Positions 23,835 to 35,344 of a DNA stretch of 64,000 nucleotides are shown in pieces; position 1 is the first letter of the stretch; each line of letters starts with the position of its first letter. This DNA comes from Eledone cirrhosa (taxonomy: Eukaryota). The stretch lies in assembly GCA_964016885.1 (NCBI GenBank), contig OZ024762.1, forward strand, positions 19,530,001-19,594,000. The letters are read 5' to 3'. Under the pieces are notes generated by a model, which saw only the letters and a list, made by a program, of their open reading frames with translations, did not search any database and had not been told where the DNA came from. Made by a program: the position numbers and the translations under genes.

Positions 23835-24800
23835 AATTAAACTCATTTTTAGATATCTGCTAAATATTTAGAGGATGTTAAGAGTTCTGCAAATATTCAC
23901 AACAATCTCTCCACTAATAAAAGATACTATACACATTTGAATTAACAATCAGATTTTAAAATATTTTCTGCTAAATTTTGACCACATTCTGTCCACTAGT
24001 AAAGATGCTATAAATATTTGAATCACCAACTTATTTTTAGTTATTTTCTGCTAAATCATTACAGTATGTTAAGATTTAATACTGCAACTTGTCACTACAA
24101 TCTACTTGTAAAAACACTATAAACATTTGAATTAACAAAAACATTTAAAAATATTTTTTGCTAAATTTTGACAAGCTGTCCACTAGTTAACATACTATAA
24201 ACAGTTTAAAATATTTTATAGTCAAATTTTGACAATGATCTGTCTACTAGTAAAAATACTATTGGCATTTCAATTAACAAACACAGTTTAAAATATGTTA
24301 TACTCAATTTTGACAACATTCTGTCTACTAGTAAAAAGACTATTGACACAATCTGTCTACTAGTAAAAAGACTATTAACAAAAACAGTTTAACCCTTTAG
24401 TATTTAAATTCTGGGCTTACTGTTGTATTTTCACAGTAAAGGGCTTTAATCACATAATTATCTAACATAATATCGAAGTTACAAGATTTTGATGATAATA
24501 TTTTGAGAACAATGCCTTAACATAAGTATGAGTAGCTGGATACAGCTGGTTTGAACAAAAACAGGTGAGATAATTCTGGCCGGATATGGCTGGTTTAAAT
24601 GCTAAAGGGTTAAAATATGTTATACTCAATTTTGACAATGATCTGTTTACTGGTAAAAATAATTTAAACATTTCAATTAACAAACACAGTTTAAAATATG
24701 TTATACTAAATTTTGACAACGATCTGTCTACTAGTAAAAATAATTTAAACATTTGAATTCCCAAATTCATGTTTAGATATTTTCTGCTGAGTCATTACAT
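23835..24800 (+). repeat. Degenerate ~90-110 bp tandem repeat family (reverse copies at 34715-35280, 51735-51965, 52745-52875 and 53420-54200)
   Basis: Recurrent ccactagtaaagatactataaacatttgaattaacaaa...ctgctaaat. Confidence 0.8.
24389..24613. mobile_element. piggyBac-type MITE P1 with a paralogous empty site
   Basis: cagtTTAA[ccc...ggg]TTAAaatatgttatac versus empty cagtTTAAaatatgttatac at ~24284 and ~24687. Confidence 0.93.
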
Positions 24801-24925
24801 GAAATTAACTGTTAAAATATGGTAATGAAAGGGTTACCAGATGGAGTTATATAGCCATATATATATCAAACTAAACTGCAATCTTTTCACAAATAACATT
24901 ACAAATAATGAAATTGATTGCAAAA

Positions 24926-24953
24926 ATGCAAATAAAACTCTGGCAATTTGCAT
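24926..24953. promoter_or_regulatory. Paired POU octamer motifs
   Basis: ATGCAAAT at 24926-24933 and ATTTGCAT at 24946-24953 in unique sequence. Confidence 0.35.
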
Positions 24954-25584
24954 GTAATAAAATAAGAACGAAAACAAGATGAACGGCTGGCATGTTTCCC
25001 ATAACGAAGGGGAGGCTTAGTGATATTAATTCTAACATAAACAACAGATTGGAGTTAAATTGTTGCTTCTTAAACAGCTCTTTTGTCCTCCCCTCCCTCA
25101 TCTCCCCCCTCATGTCCTTTTCACACACACTTTCTTCCTTTCTTTTTGTCTCTCTCTGTGTCTCTTTTTGTCTCTCTTACTCTCTCTTTGTCCCTCTTTC
25201 TCTCTCTGTCTCTTTCATCCCCACCCCCTCTATCTCTTCACCCCCCTCTATCATTATTTGTCTCATCCTCACCCTCCCTCTCTTTTTTCTCTTTTCCTCT
25301 CTGTTAGTCTCCCTCACTCCTTCCCCCTCTCATCTGACTCTCCCTCTCTCCCTCACACTCTCTCCGCCTCTCTCTATCACCCCCTCTATCTCTATTTGTC
25401 TCATCCTCACCCCTTCGCTTTGTCTCTTTCCTTTCTGTTAGTCTCCCTCACTCCCTCCTCTCTCTAACACCTCCCTCACTCCCTCTAACACCTCCCTCTC
25501 TAAATTATCCCATTTCTATGTAAATCCCCCCACTTGATGTAACACATGTCCCTTAATCCCCTCTTCATGTGGTGCTCTTGTAGC

Positions 25585-26027
25585 AAATAATAATAATAAT
25601 AATTGGTTCTACTTTTGGCACAAGGCCAGCAATTAACCAGTACATTACTGGTACCATTATAATAATAATTGTTTCTACTTTTGGCACAAGGCCAGCAATT
25701 AACCAGTACATTACTGGTACCATTATAATAATAATTGTTTCTACTTTTGGCACAAGGCCAGCAAGTACCAGTGTAATACTGGTACCATTATAATAATAAT
25801 TGTTTCTACTTTTGGCACAAGGCCAGCAAGTACCAGTGTATTACTGGTACCATTATAATAATAATTGTTTCTACTTTTGGCACAAGGCCAGCAAGTATCA
25901 GTGTATTACTGGTACCATTATAATAATAATTGTTTCTACTTTTGGCACAAGGCCAGCAATTACCCAGTACATTACTGGTATTTTATTTTATTGACCCCGT
26001 AAGGATGAAAGGCAAAGTTAACCTCGA
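25585..26027 (-). repeat. SINE B with its 3' 65-66 bp amplified about 6 times
   Basis: aattgtttctacttttggcacaaggccagcaa...ctggtaccattataataat units. Confidence 0.92.
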
Positions 26028-26521
26028 AATGGTTTCATTTATTGGCCATAAGGGCCGACATATAGGGGACAATACAATAGATGGAGACAGTGGGGGGTTT
26101 ACACAAAAATCGAGTAAAAAATAGGAAAACAATAACAATTGTTTCTACTTTAGGCACAAGGCCAGCAATTACCCAGTGCATTACTGGTACTTTATTTTAT
26201 CGACCCCGTAAGGATGAAAGGCAAAGTCAACCTCGGTGGGCAATAAACAAGAAAAATACAACAATGAAAAACATCAATGGGTGGGGTGGGGTGGGGAGTG
26301 GGGATAATCACCCAGATTTGATTCAGGTACCCCACCAATCCTAAGCCAACCAACACTTTGAGGGCACCCGGGAAGGGTACCCCTCTCCTCTAGAAATTCA
26401 CCAGCCTACAGGCACATGTAATGTGTGCATGTTGTTCACACTATGTTTGGACTGATGCGGGAGGGGAGGGGGGGGGGGTTAAATTGTTTGCTGTTACTGT
26501 GAAAGATTTCCTTTCGTAGTT

Positions 26522-27445
26522 GTAATGATGGTGGTGGTGGTGGTGGTGGTGGTGGTGGTGGTGGCGGTGGTTGTGTTGGTAGTAGTGGTAATGGTGTTAG
26601 TGTTGATAGTGGTGGTGGTGGTTGTATTGGTAGTGGTGGTAATGGTGGTAGTGTTGATAGTGGTGGTAATGGTGGTAGTGTTGATAGTGGTGGTTGTATT
26701 GGTAGTGGTGGTAATGGTGGTAGTGTTGATAGTGGTGGTGGTGGTTGTATTGGTAGTGGTGGTAGTGTTGATAGTGGTGGTGGTGGTGGTTGTGTTGGTA
26801 GTGGTGGTAATGGTGGTAGTGTTGATAGTGATAGTGGTGGTGGTGGTTGTGTTGGTAGTGGTGGTAATGGTGGTAGTGTTGATAGTGGTGGTGGTGGTTG
26901 TATTGGTAGTGGTGGTAGTGTTGATAGTGGTGGTGGTGGTGGTTGTGTTGGTAGTGGTGGTAATGGTGGTAGTGTTGATAGTGGTGGTGGTGGTTGTGTT
27001 GGTAGTGGTGGTAATGGTGGTAGTGTTGATAGTGGTGGTGGTGGTTGTATTGTTAGTGGTGGTAATGGTGGTAGTGTTGATAGTGGTGGTAATGGTGGTA
27101 GTGTTGATAGTGGTGGTGGGAGTTGTGTTGGTAGTGGTGGTAGTGTTGATAGTGGTGGTAATGGTGGTAGTGTTGATAGTGGTGGTGGTGGTTGTGTTGG
27201 TAGTAGTGGTAATGGTGGTAGTTGTGTTGGTAGTAGTGGTAATGGTGGTAGTGTTGATAGTGGTGGTGGGAGTTGTGTTGGTAGTGGTGGTAATGGTGGT
27301 AGTGTTGATAGTGGTGGTAATGGTGGTAGTGTTGATAGTGGTGGTGGTGGTTGTGTTGGTAGTAGTGGTAATGGTGGTAGTTGTGTTGGTAGTAGTGGTA
27401 ATGGTGGTAGTGTTGATAGTGGTGGTGGGAGTTGTGTTGGTAGGG
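26522..27445. repeat. (GGT)n-derived triplet minisatellite
   Basis: gtggtaatggtggtagtgttgatagtg units. Confidence 0.95.
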
Positions 27446-28186
27446 CTAGTAATTGTGGAATTTGTTATGGTAATGGTGTTATTAGAAACTCCAGATTGTG
27501 TCACTGTAGACTCAGTACACCGCGGAGAGCTTATTACATCTCTACTTTTAACAGCTTTTAGCCATGCCTACACCAATAAAGATTCTCTTCTCGGTGCCAT
27601 GTGATATTGAAATTTAAAATTCCTATCAGCTTTCTGAAACTAATTTAATTACCTGGCAGAAATATGATGCCAACAACTTTGTTTCTTCAGTTTCTAAATC
27701 ACTAAAAGACTTTCATGGAATTTGACTTGTGATTTTAGATTCTTTTACACTGCTGAAAATGGGAGAATTTATATTAAAATTGACATCCAATTCTAACTTC
27801 TCTTCCTTGTTTGTTTTCATTTTTCTTATTTTTCTTTCTTCCTTACTTCCTTACTTTCTCTTTTCATTTCATAAGTTCTTGAGAGGAATTTTTATTTTTA
27901 TTTTTAATTTTTTTTTAATGTCTAAAATAAAATAGATAAATACATAAATAAATAAATAGATAGATAGATAAACAAAGAAATAAAGAAACGAAATAAATAA
28001 ATAAATAAATCATCATCACCGTCATCATCATTATCATTATTATCGTCGTCGTCGTCGTCAACATCATCATCGTTATCATCATCATCATCATCATTTAAAA
28101 TGGACGTTAAATGGTGATGATAATGATTTATTGATTTATTTATCTATCTAATTTCTTTAGTTATAAATGCAAGCAGTGGCTTAGTG

Positions 28187-28909
28187 GTTAGCCTTTTAGC
28201 ATTTTCATGGTAGAGGCTTTATCTCTCATAATTATCTTACATAATATCGAAGATATGATATTTTGATATTATTTATTTGATTTATTTTGAAGGGCGGTGG
28301 ATTGGCAGTATCGGCAGAGGGTCGGACGCCATGCTTTGATGTATAGAGTTACGGCCCTTGCCATTCCGAGTTCAAATCCCAGCCGAGGTTAACTTTGCCT
28401 TTTATCCTTACGGTGTCGATAAAATAAAGTACCAGTAATACACTGGGTGATTGCTGGCCTTGTGCCAAAAGTAGAAACAATTATTATTATAATGGTACCA
28501 GTAATACACTGGTACTTGCTGGCCTTGTGCCAAAAGTAGACACAATTATTATTATAATGGTACCAGTAATACACTGGTACTTGCTGGCCTTGTGCCAAAA
28601 GTAGAAACAATTATTATTATAATGGTACCAGTAATACACTGGGTGATTGCTGGCCTTGTGCCAAAAGTAGAAACAATTATTATTATAATGGTACCAGTAA
28701 TGCACTGGGTAATTGCTGGCCTTGTGCCAAAAGTAGAAACAATTATTATTATAATGGTACCAGTAATACACTGGTACTTGCTGGCCTTGTGCCAAAAGTA
28801 GAAACAATTATTTATTTTGATGTCAGTATGAGCAACCAGTTATGGTCAGAACAGAAAGAATTGACAGAATTCTGGCCGGGTATGTCCAGTTTAAATGCTA
28901 AAGGGTTAA
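28187..28909. mobile_element. MITE P1 interrupted by SINE B (28292 onward) whose 3' end is amplified about 6 times (28425-28810)
   Basis: P1 ends flank the SINE; the array is the reverse complement of 25585-25980. Confidence 0.85.
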
Positions 28910-29059
28910 AGAGTTCTCTCACCCTCCCGTGTGGTTTCAGGCCGTATGCCCACTGCTTGGCAATTTAGCCAAATCTGTTTTCTAATACAATGATGGCGTT
29001 GAGTTGTCTAGACAATGCTTTGTGCATGAAATTTGGTACATGGAAACTGTGCAAAAGCC

Positions 29060-30110
29060 TGTTGTGTGTATGTGTATGTGTATGGGTGTGTGTGTGTGTT
29101 TGTGTATCTGGGTGCGTGTGTGTGTTTGTGTATCGGGGTGCATGTGTGTGTTTGTGTATCGGGGTCGGTGTGTGTGTTTGTGTATCTGGGTGCGTGTGTG
29201 TGTTTGTGTATCGGGGTGCATGTGTGTGTTTGTGTATCGGGGTGCATGTGTGTGTTTGTGTATCGGGGTGTGTGTGTGTGTATGTGTATGGGTGCATGTG
29301 TGTGTTTGTGTATCGGGGTTGGTGTGTGTTTGTGTATCGGGGTGTGTGTGTGTGTATGTGTATGGGTGCATGTGTGTGTTTGTGTATCGGGGTGCGTGTG
29401 TGTGTTTGTGTATCGGGGTGCGTGTGTGTGTTTGTGTATCGGGGTCGGTGTATGTGTTTGTGTGTCGGGGTGCGTGTGTGTGTTTGTGTATGGGTGCGTG
29501 TGTGTGTATGTGTATGGGTGCAGATGTGTGTTTGTGTATCGGGGTGCGTGTGTGTGTTTGTGTATCGGGGTCGGTGTATGTGTTTGTGTGTCGGGGTGCG
29601 TGTGTGTGTTTGTGTATCGGGGTCGGTGTATGTGTTTGTGTGTCGGGGTGCGTGTGTGTGTTTGTGTATCGGGGTCGGTGTATGTGTCTTTGTGTTTGTC
29701 TCTGCCTTTCCGTAAACTTGGCAGTTTAACAAAAAGAGATTGATAAAATACATACCACTGGACAATATCATCATCATCATCATCAACATCATCACTACTA
29801 CCACCACCACCACCACCACCACCATCATCACTTTCACCACCATCACTTCCACCACCATCATCATCACTTCCACCACCACCAGCACTACCACCACAATCAT
29901 CATCACTACCACCACCACCTTCATCATCACTCCCACCACCACCTTCATCATCACTCCCACCACCACCACCACCACCACCACCACTACCACCACCACCACC
30001 ACTACCACCTTCATCTTCACTACTACTATCACCAGCACTACCACCACCACCACCATCACCATCATCACCACCACCTTCATCTTCACTACCACCACCACCA
30101 CCACCACCAC
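29060..30110. repeat. TG-rich minisatellite (tgtgtttgtgtatcggggtgc) followed by a (CAC/CAT)n tract
   Basis: Direct reading. Confidence 0.95.
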
Positions 30111-30315
30111 TCGGCGGGTTTGAACTCAGAACGTAAAGAGCCATAACTCTATGCTGCAAAGCATGGTGTCTGATGCTCTGCCGTTACTGCCAAACCACTG
30201 CTATTATAATTGTTTCTACTTTTGGCACAAGGTCAGCAAATAACCCCAGTGTATTACTGGTTAATGGTATACACGACTTCACATGACTTGTGATGTACAA
30301 ATGATTAAGTTAAGG

Positions 30316-30427
30316 AGCATGTATGCATGTATTTTTGTATAAGTGAAGAGAGAGAGAGAGAGAGAGAGAGAGGAGGCTTGCTGAATCTCCCTGAGAAATA
30401 TATGTATGCATGTATTTTTGTATAAGT

Positions 30428-30464
<37 letters not shown>

Positions 30465-30655
30465 GCTTGCTGAATCTCCCTGAGAAATATATGTATGCAT
30501 GTATTTTTGTATAAGTGAAGAGAGAGAGGGAGAGAGAGGAGGCTTGCTGAATCTCCCTGAGAAATATATGTATGCATGTATTTTTGTATAAGAGAGAGAG
30601 GAGGCTTGCTGAATCTCCCTGAGAAATATATGTATGCATGTATTTTTGTATAAGT

Positions 30656-30696
<41 letters not shown>

Positions 30697-30740
30697 GAGA
30701 GAGAGAGGAGGCTTGCTGAATCTCCCTGAGAAATATTTTA
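30316..30740. repeat. 6-unit array of a constant block separated by variable (GA)n
   Basis: gaggcttgctgaatctccctgagaaatatatgtatgcatgtatttttgtataag; single inverted relative at ~55350-55405. Confidence 0.92.
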
Positions 30741-30974
30741 ACAGTACATATGTCTTCACATAACATGTGATATACGAATGAATACGTTGAGGAACATGTA
30801 TTTTTGCATGGAAAGTGTCATTCGAAGGTATAAGAAGAGTGGGTGGAAGAGAGAACAACCGGCTGGGTGATAATTATTTTAGCTTCTCTATCTTAAGGGA
30901 GACAGATTTAATCAGCTTAGTCGCGCAAGTTGACATATTATAATTACTAATTCAGGTTGCGTACAACAGCATCT

Positions 30975-30988
30975 GCGCCCTCTGGCGG
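30975..30988 (-). promoter_or_regulatory. Candidate CTCF binding site
   Basis: CCGCCAGAGGGCGC matches the bilaterian CTCF core consensus CCRCYAGRKGGCGC. Confidence 0.55.
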
Positions 30989-31059
30989 ACTATTGCATAG
31001 TTGCAATGCTGCAATAGACACAAGACCTTCAGTAATAGATCTAGAAGATCAATCTACCT

Positions 31060-31705
31060 ATATATGTGTGTGTATATATATAGTGTGTATATATATATAT
31101 GTGTATATGTGTATGTATATATGTATGTATGTATATATATGTATGTATGTATATATGTATGTATGTATATATGTATATATATATGTATGTATGTGTATGG
31201 ATATATATATATATGTATGTATGTGTGTATATGTATATATATGTATGTGTGTATATGTATATATATGTATGTATGTATATATATATATAGATATGCATAT
31301 ATATATATAGATATGCATATATATATATATCTGTGTCTATATATATATATATGTATGTATGTATATATATATATATATGTATGTATGTGTATGTATATAT
31401 AAATGTATGTATAAATGTATGTATGTGTATGTATATATGTGTATGTATATATATAAATGTATGTTTGTGTATGTATATATGTATATATATATATATGTAT
31501 GTGTATGTATATATATATATGTATATGTATAGATATGTGAATATATATATATATGTATGTATTTATATATGTATGGATGTATATGTATGTGTATGTATAT
31601 GTATGTATGTATATATATATATATATATATACACATACACACACACAAAAAAATACTCAAATGTATATGTGGGTGTGTATACCCACATATAAATTTGAGT
31701 ATTTT

Positions 31706-31739
<34 letters not shown>

Positions 31740-31876
31740 CACACACCCTCCCACATATTGATGTGTGTGTGTGTATATTTATATATATTTATATATACGC
31801 ATACATATACTACATATATATGGATGTATATATATATATATATACACATATACATATATATACCCACATATATGAG

Positions 31877-31915
<39 letters not shown>
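31060..31915. repeat. TA/TG microsatellite field
   Basis: Direct reading. Confidence 0.95.
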
Positions 31916-31918
<3 letters not shown>

Positions 31919-32063
31919 AGTAAGAATATTTTCGAAACAGCGAGTGGGTTTGAAATTATTAGAAATGTTAGCTATCGCCGTATTTTGACTAAAGAAATTA
32001 AAGAAATTATTTAGCCTGATAGTGGGGTTAAGAACCCTCGGAGAAATGGAAAAAGATGAGTAT

Positions 32064-32135
32064 TGACGTACATGGGAGTCGAAACCACATCTTTGGTTAT
32101 CCAGACCACTGTGCTACCATTTACACCAACACATC
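32064..32135 (-). tRNA. tRNA-like cloverleaf (anticodon GGA); probable pseudo-tRNA or SINE head
   Basis: GATGTGT/GTACGTC acceptor, GTGT-AAATGGTA-GCAC D arm, TGGT-CTGGATA-ACCA anticodon arm, GTGG-TTTCGACTC-CCAT T arm, T5 run 9 nt downstream. Confidence 0.55.
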
Positions 32136-32166
32136 ACCCTATATGTATATATATATATATATATAT

Positions 32167-32462
32167 ATTTCGTTTCTGAATTTGTTTAGCAAGATTCTTT
32201 ATCTGAAAATGGCGTAGGATAGAAGAAAGGAAAGGCACAGAAACGAAGAAAGAAATCCCCAGTCACTGAAGAGGTCACAGAGTGTGTGACGAAAGAACTA
32301 TGACTATATATATATAAACAACTATCTGGTTGTGGAACCAACCAACCAACCAGAAATTTATAAATTTGTAAATTTATAAATATATAATAAATTAAATTGA
32401 AGTGAAAGCAACTGGTGCGTGTGTTTCTTATTGGCAACATGACCCTCCCAAAGTATAACAAT
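32167..32462 (+). mobile_element. ~290 bp hammerhead-bearing repeat (family H4) inside (TA)n
   Basis: Termini tttcgtttctgaatttg...ggcaacatgaccctcccaaag; copies at 39263-39510 and an internally deleted copy at 6171-6213. Confidence 0.8.
32261..32305 (+). ncRNA. Type I hammerhead ribozyme motif (H4)
   Basis: agtca-CTGAAGA-g gtcaca gagtg tgtgac-GAAA-g aa c-TA-tgact. Confidence 0.82.
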
Positions 32463-32547
32463 ATATATATATATTTATATATTATTAAGTGTAATGAATT
32501 CTTTTACAATGGAATTAGCTCGAAGAAGGAAATATTTCTGAGCTGTG

Positions 32548-32657
32548 TATAAACTAATATATATGATGAAACACAGATACCAATACATCTGTATTTATTT
32601 TGCAATATAAATACAGATGTGTTGGTATCTGTGTTTCATCATATATATTAGTTTATA
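32548..32657. repeat. ~50-bp-arm inverted repeat
   Basis: tataaactaat...catctgtatttat / ataaatacagatg...attagtttata. Confidence 0.92.
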
Positions 32658-32681
32658 TTTATATATATATATATATATATA

Positions 32682-33020
32682 TCATCATCATCATTTCATC
32701 ATTTCATTTTACGTCCGCTTTTTTCCTGCTTGCAAGGGTGGGACGGGAACTGATGCTGGCTTGATTTCAACAGCTGGATGCCCTTCCTCATTTACAGTGA
32801 GTGCTGGGTGCTTTTTTTGCCGTGGCACCTCCACGACCACTTTGCAGTGGAATGATAGGGACCCCAGTCCCTATCATCTCATTTCTACAGCTGAGTAAAC
32901 TGGAGCAATGTGAAATAAAGTGTCTTGCTCAAGGAAACAACACATCACCCGGTCTGAGAATTGAACTCACAACCTTTCGATTGCAAGGCCAATGCTCTAA
33001 CCACTAAGCCATGTGCCTCC
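32682..33020 (-). mobile_element. SINE family A, full length
   Basis: Homology to 62594-62910. Confidence 0.93.
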
Positions 33021-33367
33021 ATATATATATACATATATATATATATATACATACATATATATGTATATACACGCACACACATATATAAATATATAGTGAG
33101 AGATGTTGGAACACAAGAATAATAGCCATTTCATTCATCTTGACTTCAGCAACAGCCTTACATTAACTTAGAATATTGTATCCTCTCGTGTTAGTTGCCT
33201 ATATATAATATATAATATATTGCACTATATTATATTATAATATATATATATATATATAAATGTATGTGTGTATGTGGGTGTGTATATATATTTCTACACA
33301 CTAGCGTGGAAGAACGGACGTAAAACGGTAATGATGATACACACATGTATTTATATAAATGTATGTA

Positions 33368-33435
<68 letters not shown>

Positions 33436-33659
33436 TATGTACATATATATCTATCTATATATATATACATATATATATTATATATATATATATATATATA
33501 TTCTGAGAGATTGTCTGTGACTAGATACACAGACACATTTCAGGCATTTGCTATTATGTTTCTTTCAAAGGGGAGATGAGACTGATTCTCCATTGAGATC
33601 TCATACAGAATGGGATTGTGTGTGTGTGTTTATATACACCCACACACATACACTTAAAT

Positions 33660-33690
<31 letters not shown>

Positions 33691-33814
33691 CATACATGCA
33701 CACACACAGACATTTATATATATATACATATACATACATATGTGTGTTTGTATGTATTTACATTTATATGCATATATATAGATATATAGATATATATGTC
33801 TGTGTGTGTGTGGG

Positions 33815-33828
33815 AGAGTAAATATAGC

Positions 33829-33862
<34 letters not shown>

Positions 33863-34098
33863 AGTAAATATAGCTATATATGTGTGTGTGAGTAAATATA
33901 GCTATATATGTGTGTGTGTGAGTAAATATAGCTACATATGTGTGTGTGTGTGAGTAAATATAGCTACATATGTGTGTGTGTGTGAGTAAATATAGCTATA
34001 TGTGTGTGTGCGCATCTGTGTGAGTAAATATAGCTATATATGTGTGTGTGAGTAAATATAGCTATATATGTGCGTGTGAGAGTAAATATAGCTCTATA
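33815..34098. repeat. Minisatellite gagtaaatatagctatata(tg)n
   Basis: About 8 units. Confidence 0.92.
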
Positions 34099-35344
34099 CG
34101 TAATCATCAGCATTATACATACATACATAGGTGTGTGTGTGTGTGTATTGTGTTCTCTTTCAATTAGTTTTCATTGAATGGATTATTGCCTGGTAGCAGC
34201 TAGTGGTCAACAATGGGGAGAGGGTGAGAGAGAGAGATAGTAAAGTACTGCTCTCTGATCAACTAACTCACTGAATCAAATCATTAGAAAGCCTGAAAGC
34301 TGAAGAAAAAAAAAAAAGTAATTATGTACATATTTGAAGATGATCACAATCAATGGGGAGAGGAGGGGAGGATGTTAATTTCTGGGAGCAGAAACAAGGC
34401 ACTTAACCCTTTACTTTCCTCACCCATATTTCTAATGAAAGAAGACATGACATCTACATATAACTTCTCAAATCATTTTAAGAATAACGGGAGAATTCTC
34501 CAAGCACCTGTCCATAGTTAAATGTTGGCAGGGAAATTTGAAATATATTTGTTAATTATTATAAAATTTTTTTAAAGGTAGATAAAAAAAAAAAATATTT
34601 AAATTCAATGAAGAAAAGAGAAAGCAAATAAACAAAAAGAGAATGATGCAACAAAAGAAAGAGAGAGGGCAGGACTGACTGTACATGACAGAGTTGGGAG
34701 TGAACTCGTAATAGAGTTAAAACTTTCTCATTAACTCTTAACATCCTTTAGCAGAAAATATCTAAAAGTAGGTTTGTTAATTCAAATGTTTGTAGTATCT
34801 TTACTAGTGGATAGAACATTGTGAAATTTTGCAGTATCAACTCTTAACATGCTGTAATGATTTAGTTGAAAATGTTTAAAAGTAGGTCTGTTAGTTCAAA
34901 TGTTTATAGTATCTTGTAAGAATTTAGCAGAAAATCTGTAAGAATTTAGAAAATCCTGTAAGAATTTAGGAGAAAATATCTAAAAATGGGTTTGCTAACT
35001 CAAATTTTTATAGTATCTTTACTAGTGGGCAGATTGTTGTGAGAATTTGTAGTATTGTCTCTCAACATCCTGTCATGATTTAGCAGAAAATATTTAAATG
35101 TAAGTTTGTTAATTCAAATGTTTATTGTATCTTTACTAGTGGACAAATCATTATGAAGTTTTGCAGTAGTAATTCTTAACATCCTGTAATGATTTAGCTG
35201 AAATATTTAAAAGTATGTTTGTTAATTCAAATGTTTATAATATCATTACCAGTGGACATATTGTTGTGAGAATTTACAGAGAATGATAAAATCCCAATAA
35301 ACTTAATTTTTTTGAAGGCATATTTCTAATTACCACATACTAAC

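Noticed and set aside
26279-26304. G-quadruplex-capable G runs
   Set aside because: Common in this low-complexity background, with no functional context.
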